Part shown: one piece after another, positions 14,601-24,616 of the stretch | Layout: each line of letters opens with the position of its first letter | How positions within the stretch are numbered: position 1 is the stretch's first letter | NCBI GenBank assembly: GCA_965112735.1 | Contig: OZ218965.1 | Location: 1,364,001 to 1,428,000 of the forward strand | Direction of reading: 5' to 3' | DNA from: Phaeosaccion multiseriatum | Taxonomy: Eukaryota > Protista > Ochrophyta, other classes | DNA: 64,000 bases | Translations under genes and position numbers: made by a program | The notes under the pieces: generated by a model | The model's input: only the letters and a program-made list of their open reading frames with translations | Database searches by the model: none | What the model was told of the DNA's origin: nothing

Positions 14601-15660
14601 GAGTGAGTGAGTAGTATCAGGCGAGACCAGGTAGGGAGGGGGGGGGGGGGGTAGATGGAGGGAGACAGAGGGAGGTGGTGCGAACAAGGAAGAAGAGGAA
14701 CGAGGGGTGGAAGGACGCACCACTGTTCCATGCCCACTGTTCCGTGCCTTCTGCGCACTTGCAAAGAGTCCAAGGCCACAGCTTCGGACGTGAAGGCAAG
14801 GAAGGGGTGTGTTTTCGTCTTGATATAACCGAAAAGAAATACAACCCATCACCACCACCCCAAAGCAAAAAAGCGGAGCATGTATCGATATACTTATAGA
14901 GAGCAAGCACTTGTCCTTGTAGGGAGTGTGGTTCCCTCACTTACATTCGTGGCATTCATCATGACCTGGGCCAGGACGGCAATCTTCTCCGGCCCTGCTA
15001 CGGCACCAGAGCCATCGATGACACTCGCGATGCAGATCTCTGCGTCGCTCAGCTGCCCAGCAGACACCACGGAACCATTCGGCGTTGGTGGGTCCACTCC
15101 TCCATTCCTTGCCCGCTCTCGCTCTCTCAGAAAAGTGGATGCGTCCTGTTTGATGGTGCTCTTCGCGGTCTAAGGAGTGGGTAGAAGGAACAAGAGGCCG
15201 GAAAGCAGGTCACAAAGTGGCACAAAGTGTGGTGGACGGTGGTGGTACGAACTGGGGGGAGGGGGTTGGATCCCCAGACCCACCACAAGCCCCTTCTAAA
15301 TCTCCCCCATCAGCACGGTTCTTGTCTTTAATATCTCTGCCTTATCGTCCCTCCGACGTGGCTGCCCGTTCTCACCTTGTCCTTGCTCGATCGTCGCCCG
15401 TTGGCTCCCTTGCCCTCCTTGGCCCCTCCGCTCGAGGACGACTTCGCTCCTCCTCCTATTGATGCTGGAGCTCCTTCCGCGGCTGATGTAGACATAGTCT
15501 TCTTCCCTGTCCCCTTTTCCTGCTGCTGCTGCAGCTGCTGCTGCTGCTCCTGCTGGGGTGACTTGGGCGACGAAGCACCAGCAAGAGCCTTTGAAGAGCT
15601 GGTCGAAACTGGAGCTGGAGCGTCTACCGTGGTCGCTGTCACCACAACCTCTTCAGTCAT
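8105..15660 (-). CDS. PPP1R10: PNUTS/PPP1R10-like PP1 nuclear targeting subunit (TFIIS N-terminal domain + PP1-binding motif), about 9 exons
   Basis: Exons approx. 15660-15376, 15169-14945, 12724-12527, 12289-12173, 11835-11776, 11448-11316, 10878-~10213, 9627-9217, 8878-8105. The spliced SVIDGSGAVAGPEKIAVLAQVMMNATN|MESRALCLEVLLRSRS..FVSVGGLKILRHW..|ALPVTYPSLMQSDLAKSV..|VRNLWKAV matches the PNUTS TND pattern. Also present: RVxF-type KPSIRWAD followed by LRRVKTF, and the conserved block IPWRNPKPL..SEEIARQAARVRGRMQEVYLDVSMIPDNPSEP. Confidence 0.8.
9630..9782. repeat. 17-bp minisatellite (gtggaatgaaaccgtac), 9 copies, abutting a 3' splice site
   Basis: Nine units with 3 single-base variants. 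The acceptor AG is at 9629-9628 on the - strand. Confidence 0.95.
11880..11981. repeat. (TCAGGG)n hexamer repeat resembling a telomere-variant unit, intronic
   Basis: About 16 degenerate TCAGGG units with a GGGTTA unit nearby (11872). Confidence 0.85.
13099..13498. repeat. Diverged tandem duplication of about 200 bp inside the large PNUTS intron
   Basis: tcagcctccccccgggggtcgtcggaaa...acccttagatggcaccata...cagtcaacaagaag occurs at about 13099-13293 and about 13303-13498. Confidence 0.9.
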
Positions 15661-16036
15661 GAGGCCTATCTAGAACCTATCTACCACAGTGTGGATATAT
15701 GAGAAGAGGTGATTACTTTCTTGCTTTTCTGCTACCGTCTCCACCAGACATCCCCTGGTTCGTGGATCTTTCCGGAGGTGAGGAAAACTACATAAAGGCT
15801 AGCAGCAGCTTCACGGCCAATGAGTGCTCCTTTTCCATTGCGCCCACGGGAGCCCGTCCAACCCCCGCTGCTTCTACTGCTGCTGCTGCTTCTCCTCAGT
15901 GGCCGTGCTGTTTGGGTAGAGAGGGAGGGGTCGGAGATTTGTATAGGCCTCTGGAGGCCTCCAACTCCGACGACGGCTCATAAGTCAATTGTCACGTCTG
16001 CTTCTCTCCTTTTTTTGTTGCCGGGCCAATGTGAGG

Positions 16037-18459
16037 ATGCACAAGGATCAGCTGGCGGTGGACCACGATGTTGGCCGCGGGAAGGTATGGGTGCCGACAA
16101 AGGGCGACAAAAACGACAAGATGCACCCGCGAAACAAGTACCGACTATGCCCGCCAGACTTTGCCGCCTTGGTGCGAAGATACCCGCTAGAGCTTGGCCG
16201 CTTCGTCTCCGTCACGAAGACCTCCGGTGGCAGTATCGATGCTGCAGATGGGGGGAAGGAGGGTGCAGGAGGAGGGGAAGAAACCCAAATCCAAGGGGAC
16301 GGGAGTAGCGGTAGCGGCACCAGCAGCGGCAAGCCACAGCGTGAGGGCCGTGCTGTCGTGAGCTGGGAGAACCCAGAGGCAGTCAAGGCCCTGACAGCTG
16401 CGCTTCTGAGGCAAGACTTTGACTTGAAATGGGACATGCCTCTGGACAGACTGTGTCCGCCCGTGCCCAATCGACTCAACTACATTTGTTGGCTGGCGGA
16501 TCTGCTAGCGCTCCCGGAAGAGGGGCGGGACGCTGAGGAGGAAGGAAATAGTCCAGGTAGCAGTATGGGCATGAGCAAGGGCGCGGTAAAGGAAGGAGGA
16601 GGAGCGGCAGCAGAAGGAGGCCTGAAGCCCCGTCCAGCTGGGAGCAATGGAGGCTTTACCATGAGCAAATCAGAGCTCTCTTCCACAGGAGTACCTGACC
16701 AACAGCAGCAGCAGCCGCCACGGTGTAGGGGCATCGACATCGGGACAGGTGCGTCCTGCATCTATCCGCTGCTGGGGTACAGGGAGATGGGCTGGGATTT
16801 TCTAGCCACAGAGGTGAGAGAGAGAGAGTTTGCAATGCTCGTGCAGCGCTGTCCTGTCCTCGCTCTTTCCGAGGAAGGAAGGGCAGAAACAAGGGTCATT
16901 CATCCTCACACTGTCAGCTGCACACGCTGCCTGCCCTTCGCAGCACACATTGACCAACATGCCTTCCTATCGCTGCTGCCCCTTGCCGCTCTCCTTCTGT
17001 TCCTTTGCTACCCCAAGGTCGATGCAGAGAGCTTCGCATGGGCCCAAAAGAACGTCACTACCAATGGGTTGGAGGACCACATTCGAGTGAAACTGGTTGT
17101 GCTCGAGGGCGAGGGCGACGGGGAAGCTGTAACTGAAACTGACCCCGCCCCCGCATCGGAAGTGGCCAGGGGTCCTCTCTTGATGGCCCTAGCAGGGGAA
17201 GATGAGGAGGACCACCACCAGCAGCAGCAGCAGCAGCAGCAGGGAGGGACAGCAGTTGGTGGTACAGCAGTTGGTGGTACAGCAGTTGGTGATACAGCAG
17301 TAGACCCACCTCTTTGTCATGTTCATCCACCGCCGCCGTCATCGCGCAAGAGGAAGAGACCACGACGCGAAGAAGGGGGGAGGGCGCCGGTGCGCGGGCA
17401 GATGAAGGTCAGCGAGCAGTTGGTGATGCAGCAGCAGCAGCATCAGAACGAGCAAGCGCAAGGGCGGCAGCAACAGCAGAAGCTGGAGCAAGAGGAGCAC
17501 CAGCAGCAGAAGGAGGAGGAGGAGGAGGAGGAGGAGGAGGAGGAGGAGGAGGAGGAGGAGGAGGAGGAGGAGGAGCAGCAGTTGGTGATGCAGCACCAAG
17601 GGCGTGAAGAGGAGCGACGGCAGTGCCCCTCCTCCTTTGACACCTTCGACTTCACCATGACCAATCCTCCCTTCTTCTCGTCTCTGTCCGAGGCGGCGCA
17701 ATCGCAATGCTCGGGTCAGACACGCGCCACTTCCAGCATGGCTCAGCCTCTCGAGCTTGTGTGTGCGGGGGGAGAAGAGGCCTTCGTGGGTGCCATCGTA
17801 AGAGACAGCCTCACCACAAGGACGAAGGTGAGCGGTCCTTGCTCTCTGTGCGGGGGTGCGCGCAACAACACACGATAACCCCCCCTCCCTCCCTCCCTCC
17901 CTCCCTCCCTCTCTCCCTCCCTCCCTCCCCCCCCTCCCTCCCGCCTCTCTTCCCCTCTCCTCTCGCCCCCTGTCGCCCCCCCCCTCCATGGAATACGTTG
18001 TGTGGCGTGTGCATGCATGCATTGGATCATTAAACCTATCAATGGATGGGTCAGATCCGCTGGTACACGAGTATGTTGGGGCGGAAACGAAGCCTTCAGC
18101 CCCTTGTGCGGCTACTGAGGAGTGAAGGGGTACGCAACATTCGCACCACAGAGTTCTTTCAAGGCAAGACTAGCAGGTTAGTGAGTGAGTACATGTAGTG
18201 AGTATGTGGGTTGGGGTGGGGTGGGGTGGGTGTGTGCGTGTTCACTCACATGGTACCTCTCCTCCTTCCCCACTTAATTCGCCCACGGGTCTGGATCTTG
18301 TAACCGTTGTTTTTTTTTCTCCTCTTTTCCCTCCTCTGCTGCTTTTCGTCCCCGTGCTCCTGCCCCAATGTTCGCATCTCTTCTCTCTCTCTCTCTCTTT
18401 GCTCTCTCTCTCTCTTCTCTCTCTCTTCTCTCTCTCTCTCTCTCTTCTCTCTCTCTTCT

Positions 18460-18555
<96 letters not shown>

Positions 18556-19703
18556 CTCTCTCTCTCCGTCTCCTCTCTGGCCGGGCTGTGCTGTCTGCTC
18601 TCTCTTTGCTCTCCTCTCTCTTCTCCGACATGGCTGTGCTGTGCTGTGCCGTACTGTAGATGGGGCCTGGCCTGGTCCTTCGGTAGCTGGGGCATGGTCG
18701 GTGGAAGGGTGCCGGAAGGGGTCCATGCCAACGTCCTCCACAGGAAGAAGGTGAGAAGGAACAAACCAATAGACGTGTTGGTAATCCATTTTGTTCATTG
18801 GCCAGACAGCCCCATCTGGGGGATTGCTTTCGCCACCGCCTTGCTCCCTTAATCTGGTTTCTTCCCTTCTTCAGCTCACTGTTTCTGTGGTTGTCTCTCG
18901 TCCATACCTCTGTCCCTACTCACTCCTCCCATTGCTCTGGGTGTGTCGATGAGCAGATTCTTTCCCGTGAGAGGTCCAATTACTACTGCTTTCGTGTGCC
19001 CCTTAGGGGAGGTAAGGAGGTGCGACGAATCCTAAAGCAGCAGCAGCAGCAGCAGCAACAGCATTTGGTGATACAGCAGCAGCACTTGGGGATACAGCAG
19101 GGAAAGGGGAGGAAGAGCGAGAAGGCAGGCGGTGCTCAACAGCCCGGTGGGCCCAACTCGGCCCCTGCGGTAGAGCGAGCAGAAGCAGTAGCAGCAGCAG
19201 GATCAGCAGGTGGTGATACAGCAGCAGCTTCACCGCCACCACCACAACAAGTCAAGTCTCTGCCTGCGCCAGAGCTGCTGCCTACAAGTTTGGGGCAAGT
19301 GGTGAAGCGAATGCAGACTTTCTGTCGCACCTACGGGGCCCAGGGGGGCAGGGCCCAGGGAGGCATCAGCAGGGTAGTGCTGAGCATGGATGACGGGTGC
19401 GAGGAGGAGGAGGAGGAGGAGGAGGAGGAAGAGCGAGAACAACAAGGAGGACAAGAAGAACAAGATCAAGGAGGAGAAAGAGACGGAGAGATCCTCGCCA
19501 GTGGCACACAGTCCTCCGACGACGGAGCAGGAGCAGCCCGACGCGGGGAAGGGGAAGCCTTTGGCACCATTGGCACCATTGGTACCCTTGGCACCCTTGG
19601 CGCTGGCTTTACTGGCTCTGTGGGTCCTGTCCAGGCTGCCGAGCGCAACTTGTCTGTGACCACAACAAGTGCTGGTGGGAGTGCCACCGGCACCGACAAA
19701 GCC

Positions 19704-19739
<36 letters not shown>

Positions 19740-19834
19740 ATGTTGTTCACGTTCTTCGTGGAAGTGGTCCCTGACGTCAGTGAGGGTTTTGTCGATGTTA
19801 CCCTTCATCTTGAGCAGCAGCAGCAGCGGCAGCG

Positions 19835-19866
<32 letters not shown>

Positions 19867-20060
19867 AGAGTGCAGGAGGAAGAGACGAGCCCAACGACAA
19901 GAGCAGCAAGGCCAAGGCTACTGAGGTGAAGGCGAAGGCGACGGTTAAGAGCAGCAGTGTCAAGTCGGCGTTTCGGAACTTTGGAGAGGTGCTCTTTGCC
20001 GGCGTGGTGATGCAGACCAGGAGGTATCGGAGGGCCGCACAGCAGTCAAAGTCAACGTGA
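16037..20060 (+). CDS. METTL16: METTL16/RlmF-family RNA m6A methyltransferase, 5 exons
   Basis: Exons 16037-16813, 17018-17827, 18055-18176, 18660-18750, 18957-20060, all GT-AG and in phase. Motifs: MHPRNKY, PPDFAAL, LCPPVPNRLNYICW, GIDIGTGASCIYPLLG, FDFTMTNPPFF, GGEEAFV, IRWYTSMLGRK, TEFFQGKTSRWGLAWSF. Confidence 0.95.
17249..17301 (+). repeat. Three tandem copies of the dispersed 15-nt module (acagcagttggtgRt), the longest array in the window
   Basis: acagcagttggtggt acagcagttggtggt acagcagttggtgat acagcagt, translated as TAVGGTAVGGTAVGDTAV in METTL16. Confidence 0.95.
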
Positions 20061-20323
20061 TACCTAATATTACTTAGTATTACTTAACTACTCTGTGCTC
20101 TGCTACGTTATCCCGGTCACGCCTTGACCCAAGCAACACCAGAATCAAAACGTCTCCTCTTCTCTCTTCACTGAGGAGGGCTCCTGGTGTGATGATGATA
20201 ATGATGATCATAATGATGATGATGATGATGATGATGCTGATGATGATGATGAGTGTGCGTGCGCCCATCTCATGGCCAAGAATCAAGCCACCTAGAGGTC
20301 CTCGTCGGTGTATATCCCATTTA

Positions 20324-20821
20324 TCGGCCCCGTGCACGCCTAGCGGCCTAGGCTCTAGGCCGCTAGGCCGCTCGGCCTTCGGCCGAAATAGGCCTAGGCC
20401 GGCGGCCTCCGGCCGCTCTAGGCCGCTCACTTTTCAGCCCTAGGCGGCCTATAGCCCGCCTCTAGGCAGCCTCCCAGTGACCGTGGGCGCGTGCGTGGTG
20501 CCGCCCAGCCAGTGGGTATAGCAGCACACCTGTAGGCCTGCACTCCTCGTAGGGCCAGCGAGGCGGAAAGAGACAACACGAACCAAGTCTACGCCTCACT
20601 TATCCCATGCAATACATTTGCTTAAAACTGACGACACTTGGGCGGGTTCCGGGCCAGCCCAGGGGCATATGAGCATATTCCCGCCCTGGACCTGCGCCTA
20701 GTTGGCGTCTGCCCTAGGCCGCCGCCTAGGCGGCCTTTAAATAGGCCGAGGGCCTACGGCCCCCGCTAGGCCGGGCAATTTTCCAAAATAGGCCTAGGCC
20801 GCTAGGCGTGCACGGGGCCGA
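20324..20821. mobile_element. Non-autonomous DNA transposon (MITE), 498 bp, perfect 30-bp TIRs, 6-bp TSD
   Basis: tcggccccgtgcacgcctagcggcctaggc at 20324-20353 has its exact reverse complement at 20792-20821. The direct repeat cattta flanks it at 20318-20323 and 20822-20827. The interior is rich in taggcc/ggccta subterminal motifs, and no transposase ORF is evident. Confidence 0.9.
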
Positions 20822-20916
20822 CATTTAGAGGCATATATCCCATTTAGAGGCATCTTCTTTCCTCTACCAGTGGTAGCTAGAGTCGTCTCCTCCTGCAACT
20901 AGTCAAGCAGTGGTAG

Positions 20917-21567
20917 CTAGAAGCGTCTCCTCCACGACCCGCAGCCAAGCCAGTGGCAGCCAGGGAAGAGAACAACACGCTTCAAGAGCAGACCACGCTT
21001 CCCCTCCTTAGAAGAGGATAGGACCCGGCCTTGTGCGCAGGAAGAAAGAAGCGGTTCTCTTCCTCCCATGGTTGTGCAGCAGAAGCCCCTACTGAGCAAA
21101 GCAGTGTGTTTGGGCCACAAGTTGGGGGGTCTCCTCCACGCTGTTTGGGAGATTGCGTGTGCGGGAGTGCGCACCGCTAGCAACCATCCAACCAGCTCAT
21201 CGAGTCTCTCAAGGTCCAATGGTCTCATGTGAAGGGCCATTTGGCTCCTTTGCTTGACGTGGTGGTGCTCCAGTGCTCGCCAGTGAGCCATTTGAGGAGA
21301 CTTTGGCGACGCTTTGACGTGCACAGATGCCACTCTTTTGTACAAAACCTTGTCCCCCCGGGGGCTGGAGGAGAGGAGACAGGTTTCCCGGTCGTGGTAG
21401 ACGTCCAGAGCGCCCACTGCCTTGCCTCGTGGGGCCACGGGCGGGGCTGGCTGTGGCGCTCGACTCCCAATGAAGCGAAGACCTTCGCCCCTCTGGCGCA
21501 ACCGATGAGGTGTAAGAACAAGTGCCGCGCCTTCCTCCCTTTCGTCCATTCCGTCTTGCGCTTCCAC
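20917..21567 (-). CDS. Hypothetical 216-codon ORF, unknown function
   Basis: Non-repetitive open frame between the MITE and the 3' end of the methyltransferase gene. It starts with GTG (first ATG is internal) and has no recognisable motif. Confidence 0.2.
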   Translation of the reverse strand: MEAQDGMDEREEGAALVLTPHRLRQRGEGLRFIGSRAPQPAPPVAPRGKAVGALDVYHDRETCLLSSSPRGDKVLYKRVASVHVKASPKSPQMAHWRALEHHHVKQRSQMALHMRPLDLERLDELVGWLLAVRTPAHAISQTAWRRPPNLWPKHTALLSRGFCCTTMGGREPLLSSCAQGRVLSSSKEGKRGLLLKRVVLFPGCHWLGCGSWRRRF

Positions 21568-21736
21568 TACTCTTCACTCGCGTCGTATCCTGAGGCTGCT
21601 GACAATGCTGCTGCTACTGCCATATCTACTTCGTCCCTTCGGCCCGGGTATGAGCGAGAGTGAGTGTGTGTATGTGTACGTGCGTGCGTACGTGTGCGTG
21701 TGCGTGTGCGTGTGCGTGTGCGTGTGCATGTGTGAG

Positions 21737-24350
21737 TCAGAAGAAGCTGTCGGGGTCTTGTCCGAGCTCTCCATCCTCCACGTCCCCGAAAGTGGCCATG
21801 GTGGCTTCGAGCTCCCTCCTGCGCAAAGTCCGTTCCAAAATGTCCATCTCCTCATTCCCCCCCCCTCCTGCAGTACCATCACCATCACCATCACCACCAT
21901 TGCCCCCCTCCTCCTCCTCGTCTTCCTCTTCTTCATCTTCCTCCTTTAGCTCGAGGAGCAAATTGCCGTTGCCGTTCCCGTTCTTCTCCTCGTCTCTCCT
22001 CTTCCAGTCAATCTCCATCTGCCGATTCGCCTTCTTCTCGGCAATCTGAAACGCCTCCATAGACACCTTGTTCTGCCGTTGGTGCTCCACGTCCTTCTCC
22101 ACAATAGGGTTCCCGGGCCGCCATTTGCGTCGCTTGTCTCGTATCATGCTGTGTGGGTTCTCGATCAGTGCAGCGTCGGCAGCAAGTTGCATGGCCACCC
22201 TTCGACGCCTTGAAGAGAGCTCTTCTTCTGTGAGCTTGGTCATGGCGTAGAGATAGATGCTCTCCGTCTCCACTGGTTGGATAGGTGGGGGGATGGCGAG
22301 AGAGGGGAGGGAGGGGATGAAGGGAGGGAGGGGATGAAGGGAGGGAGGGAGGGAGGGAGGGAGGGAGGGAGGGACGGACGGACGGAGTCACTCCCTCCAC
22401 TCACTCACTCACTCACTCACTCACTCACTCACTCACTCGATCACTTAGTTTCTCCACTCACTCACTCACTCACTCACGTAAGGGGATGGCCTGGGCGGTC
22501 CAAGTGAGTGCCTCTTGTCGGAAGTAGTGGAGTCGTGTGTCCGGTGCCCCGTGGGAAACACAGAAGAACACCCCCTCCGGCTTGAGCACCCTCAGCACCT
22601 TGTCAGAGAGGGAGAGACAGAAAAATGAAGGAGAAGAGAGAGAGACACACACACCCACACCCACACACATAGGGACACACACACAGAAAGAGAGACAGAG
22701 AGAGACACACGCAGACACACACAGAGAGAGAGAGAGGGAGGAAAGAGAGCGGTTGGTCTCAATCATCGTCGCGTATTGAGCATGAGTGTTCGCCCCTCAT
22801 TGCCCTCATTGGGTATGCGTGTGCGTGTGTGTGCGCGCTTGTGTGTGTGTGCGCGAGTGTGCGTGTGTCCCTGCCGCCCGTCTGGACTGTGGTATTTCAC
22901 TTCGGAAATCGCTATGCATGCTCACCTCCGCTGCCATGATTTGAACGTCATTGTCTCCCAGGGGGCCGCATATGACGCTGTCGAACGTGCCCTTATCGAG
23001 GACGAAATCGAAACCGTCATCCGGGAGAGCGCTCATGTTGCGAGCGTCCGAAACGATATAGTCCAGGCCTTCCTTCTCCTTGTGCAGCTGCAGTAGATGA
23101 ATGAGAGAGGGGCAGAGGGCGGCGGTCGGAGAAGTAAGCAGGGCACAGATGTGTGTATGCGTATGTGTGTGTGTGTGCGTGTGTGTGTGCGTGTGCGTGA
23201 GGTCGGGCACGCAGCGAGCAGGGGGGGGGGAGGAAGAAACGCTGCCGCACCGATACGGTGGGTAGTACCCCCCCCCCCCCTCCCCCCGGAGAACGACTCA
23301 AGAAGGAAGGTCGTTCTACAAAGCATTGCATATATGCGTAAGTACATACCTGTTGCAGGTGCGAAACAAGAATGGTGGAGAGATCTGTGCACAGGACATG
23401 CTTGTAACCGAAATCGAATAGGTCCAGGGGGATACGCGAGTTGCCACAGCCTACCACGAGGCAATGCTGACCCGCAGGACTACCACAGAAGGTTTCGATG
23501 ATGGGGCGGACTAGAAGAGACAACGGTGAATGCAGTGCAGTGCCGTGCCCGGGAGAGGAGAGGAAAGGAGAGGAGAGGAGAGGGGGGAGGGGACGGGAAA
23601 GGACGTGCGTGTGTGTTGAGGAGGAGCAATGGTGGGGAAGAGGAGGGACGACGCAAATAGGTTTAGGTTTATGAAGGAAGGGACTTTGAGGGTTCTTGCA
23701 AGGAGAAGCCCGACCCCGACTCGCTCGCTATCTATCACTCTCGAAGGTGTAGTGAACAAAAAGAGGGAGTAGAGGAGGTAAGGGAGAGGGAGTGACGCAG
23801 GAAGGAAGAGCAGCAAGCGCTACTTACTTTTTTCGAACCTACAATAGGAGTCGAACAAGTGGTTCTTGCCTTCCTTGTCATCTGTCGCGGTGGGGGGAAG
23901 TTTGGAGCAGTGGGATGGCAGGAATGGCCAGAAAAAAAGGGGGAGGAGGAGGGAAGAGAGTGAGGGAGAAGAGTTACAGGGGCCGAAGTTTTCTCGAGCT
24001 ACCCGCCCCCAGTCATGGCAGGCAGGAAGACAAGTGGCTCTACCGAGCACTTACACCGACTGTCCCAGTAGAGCGGATCATCTGCAGGTAGAGGACATGA
24101 GCACGACAGCAACAGGTTCGGACGTCAGACACAGAGGAGAACTTGACAGAGGAGGAGAGCAGGAACCCTCCTTTATGAAGTGCTGTGGATCTCTATCTCT
24201 CAAAGCTCACTCACACTCACCAAAGGTCACTTGTGTGAGCTTGAGCAAGCGGTCTGCCTTTCTGGCCTCCGCCTGGGCCTCCTCCAAGGCGATCTGACCG
24301 CGGTGTAGCTCCAGGGCCGTCATGCCCTCGTTCCTGTCCATCATCGCCAT
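21737..24350 (-). CDS. Class I SAM-dependent protein-lysine methyltransferase, EEF1AKMT4/METTL13 N-domain-like, 7 exons, with a charged C-terminal extension
   Basis: Spliced product: MAMMDRNE..VTF|DDPLYWDSR|YDKEGKNHLFDSYCRFEK|IRPIIE..CLVVGCGNSRIPLDLFDFGYKHVLCTDLS..|..DARNMSALPDDGFDFVLDKGTFDSVICG..|VLRVLKPEGVFFCVSHGAP..|..IYLYAMTK. YWD.RY, GCGNS, DKGT.D and RVLKP.G are hallmarks of this family. Confidence 0.85.
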
Positions 24351-24616
24351 GCTCAAGCCGAGCAAGCCTGTGGCGGGAGAGTGGGGGGAGGCGTGGGTGA
24401 AACGGAAACAAAGTCGAGGAGCCCGATTTTTTGGAGGATTCGATATCGTCATTTGCCCCCTCCTCCCTTCTCCCCTCCCTCTCTCCATCTCTCTCCTCCA
24501 TCTCAAGGCTATTCGCTTGGCACAAGAGCCAGAGAGCAGCAGCAATAGGAGCAGCAACAGCAGTAGGATTTTGTAGAGTCAGCCGCAACAGGTGGGGGAG
24601 ACAGACAAAGAGCAAC

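Noticed and set aside
20866-20962. Degenerate ~42-bp tandem repeat (cagtggtagctaga..gtctcctcc) beside the MITE
   Set aside because: It has only 2-3 diverged copies, lies outside the TIRs, and gives no basis for a functional call.
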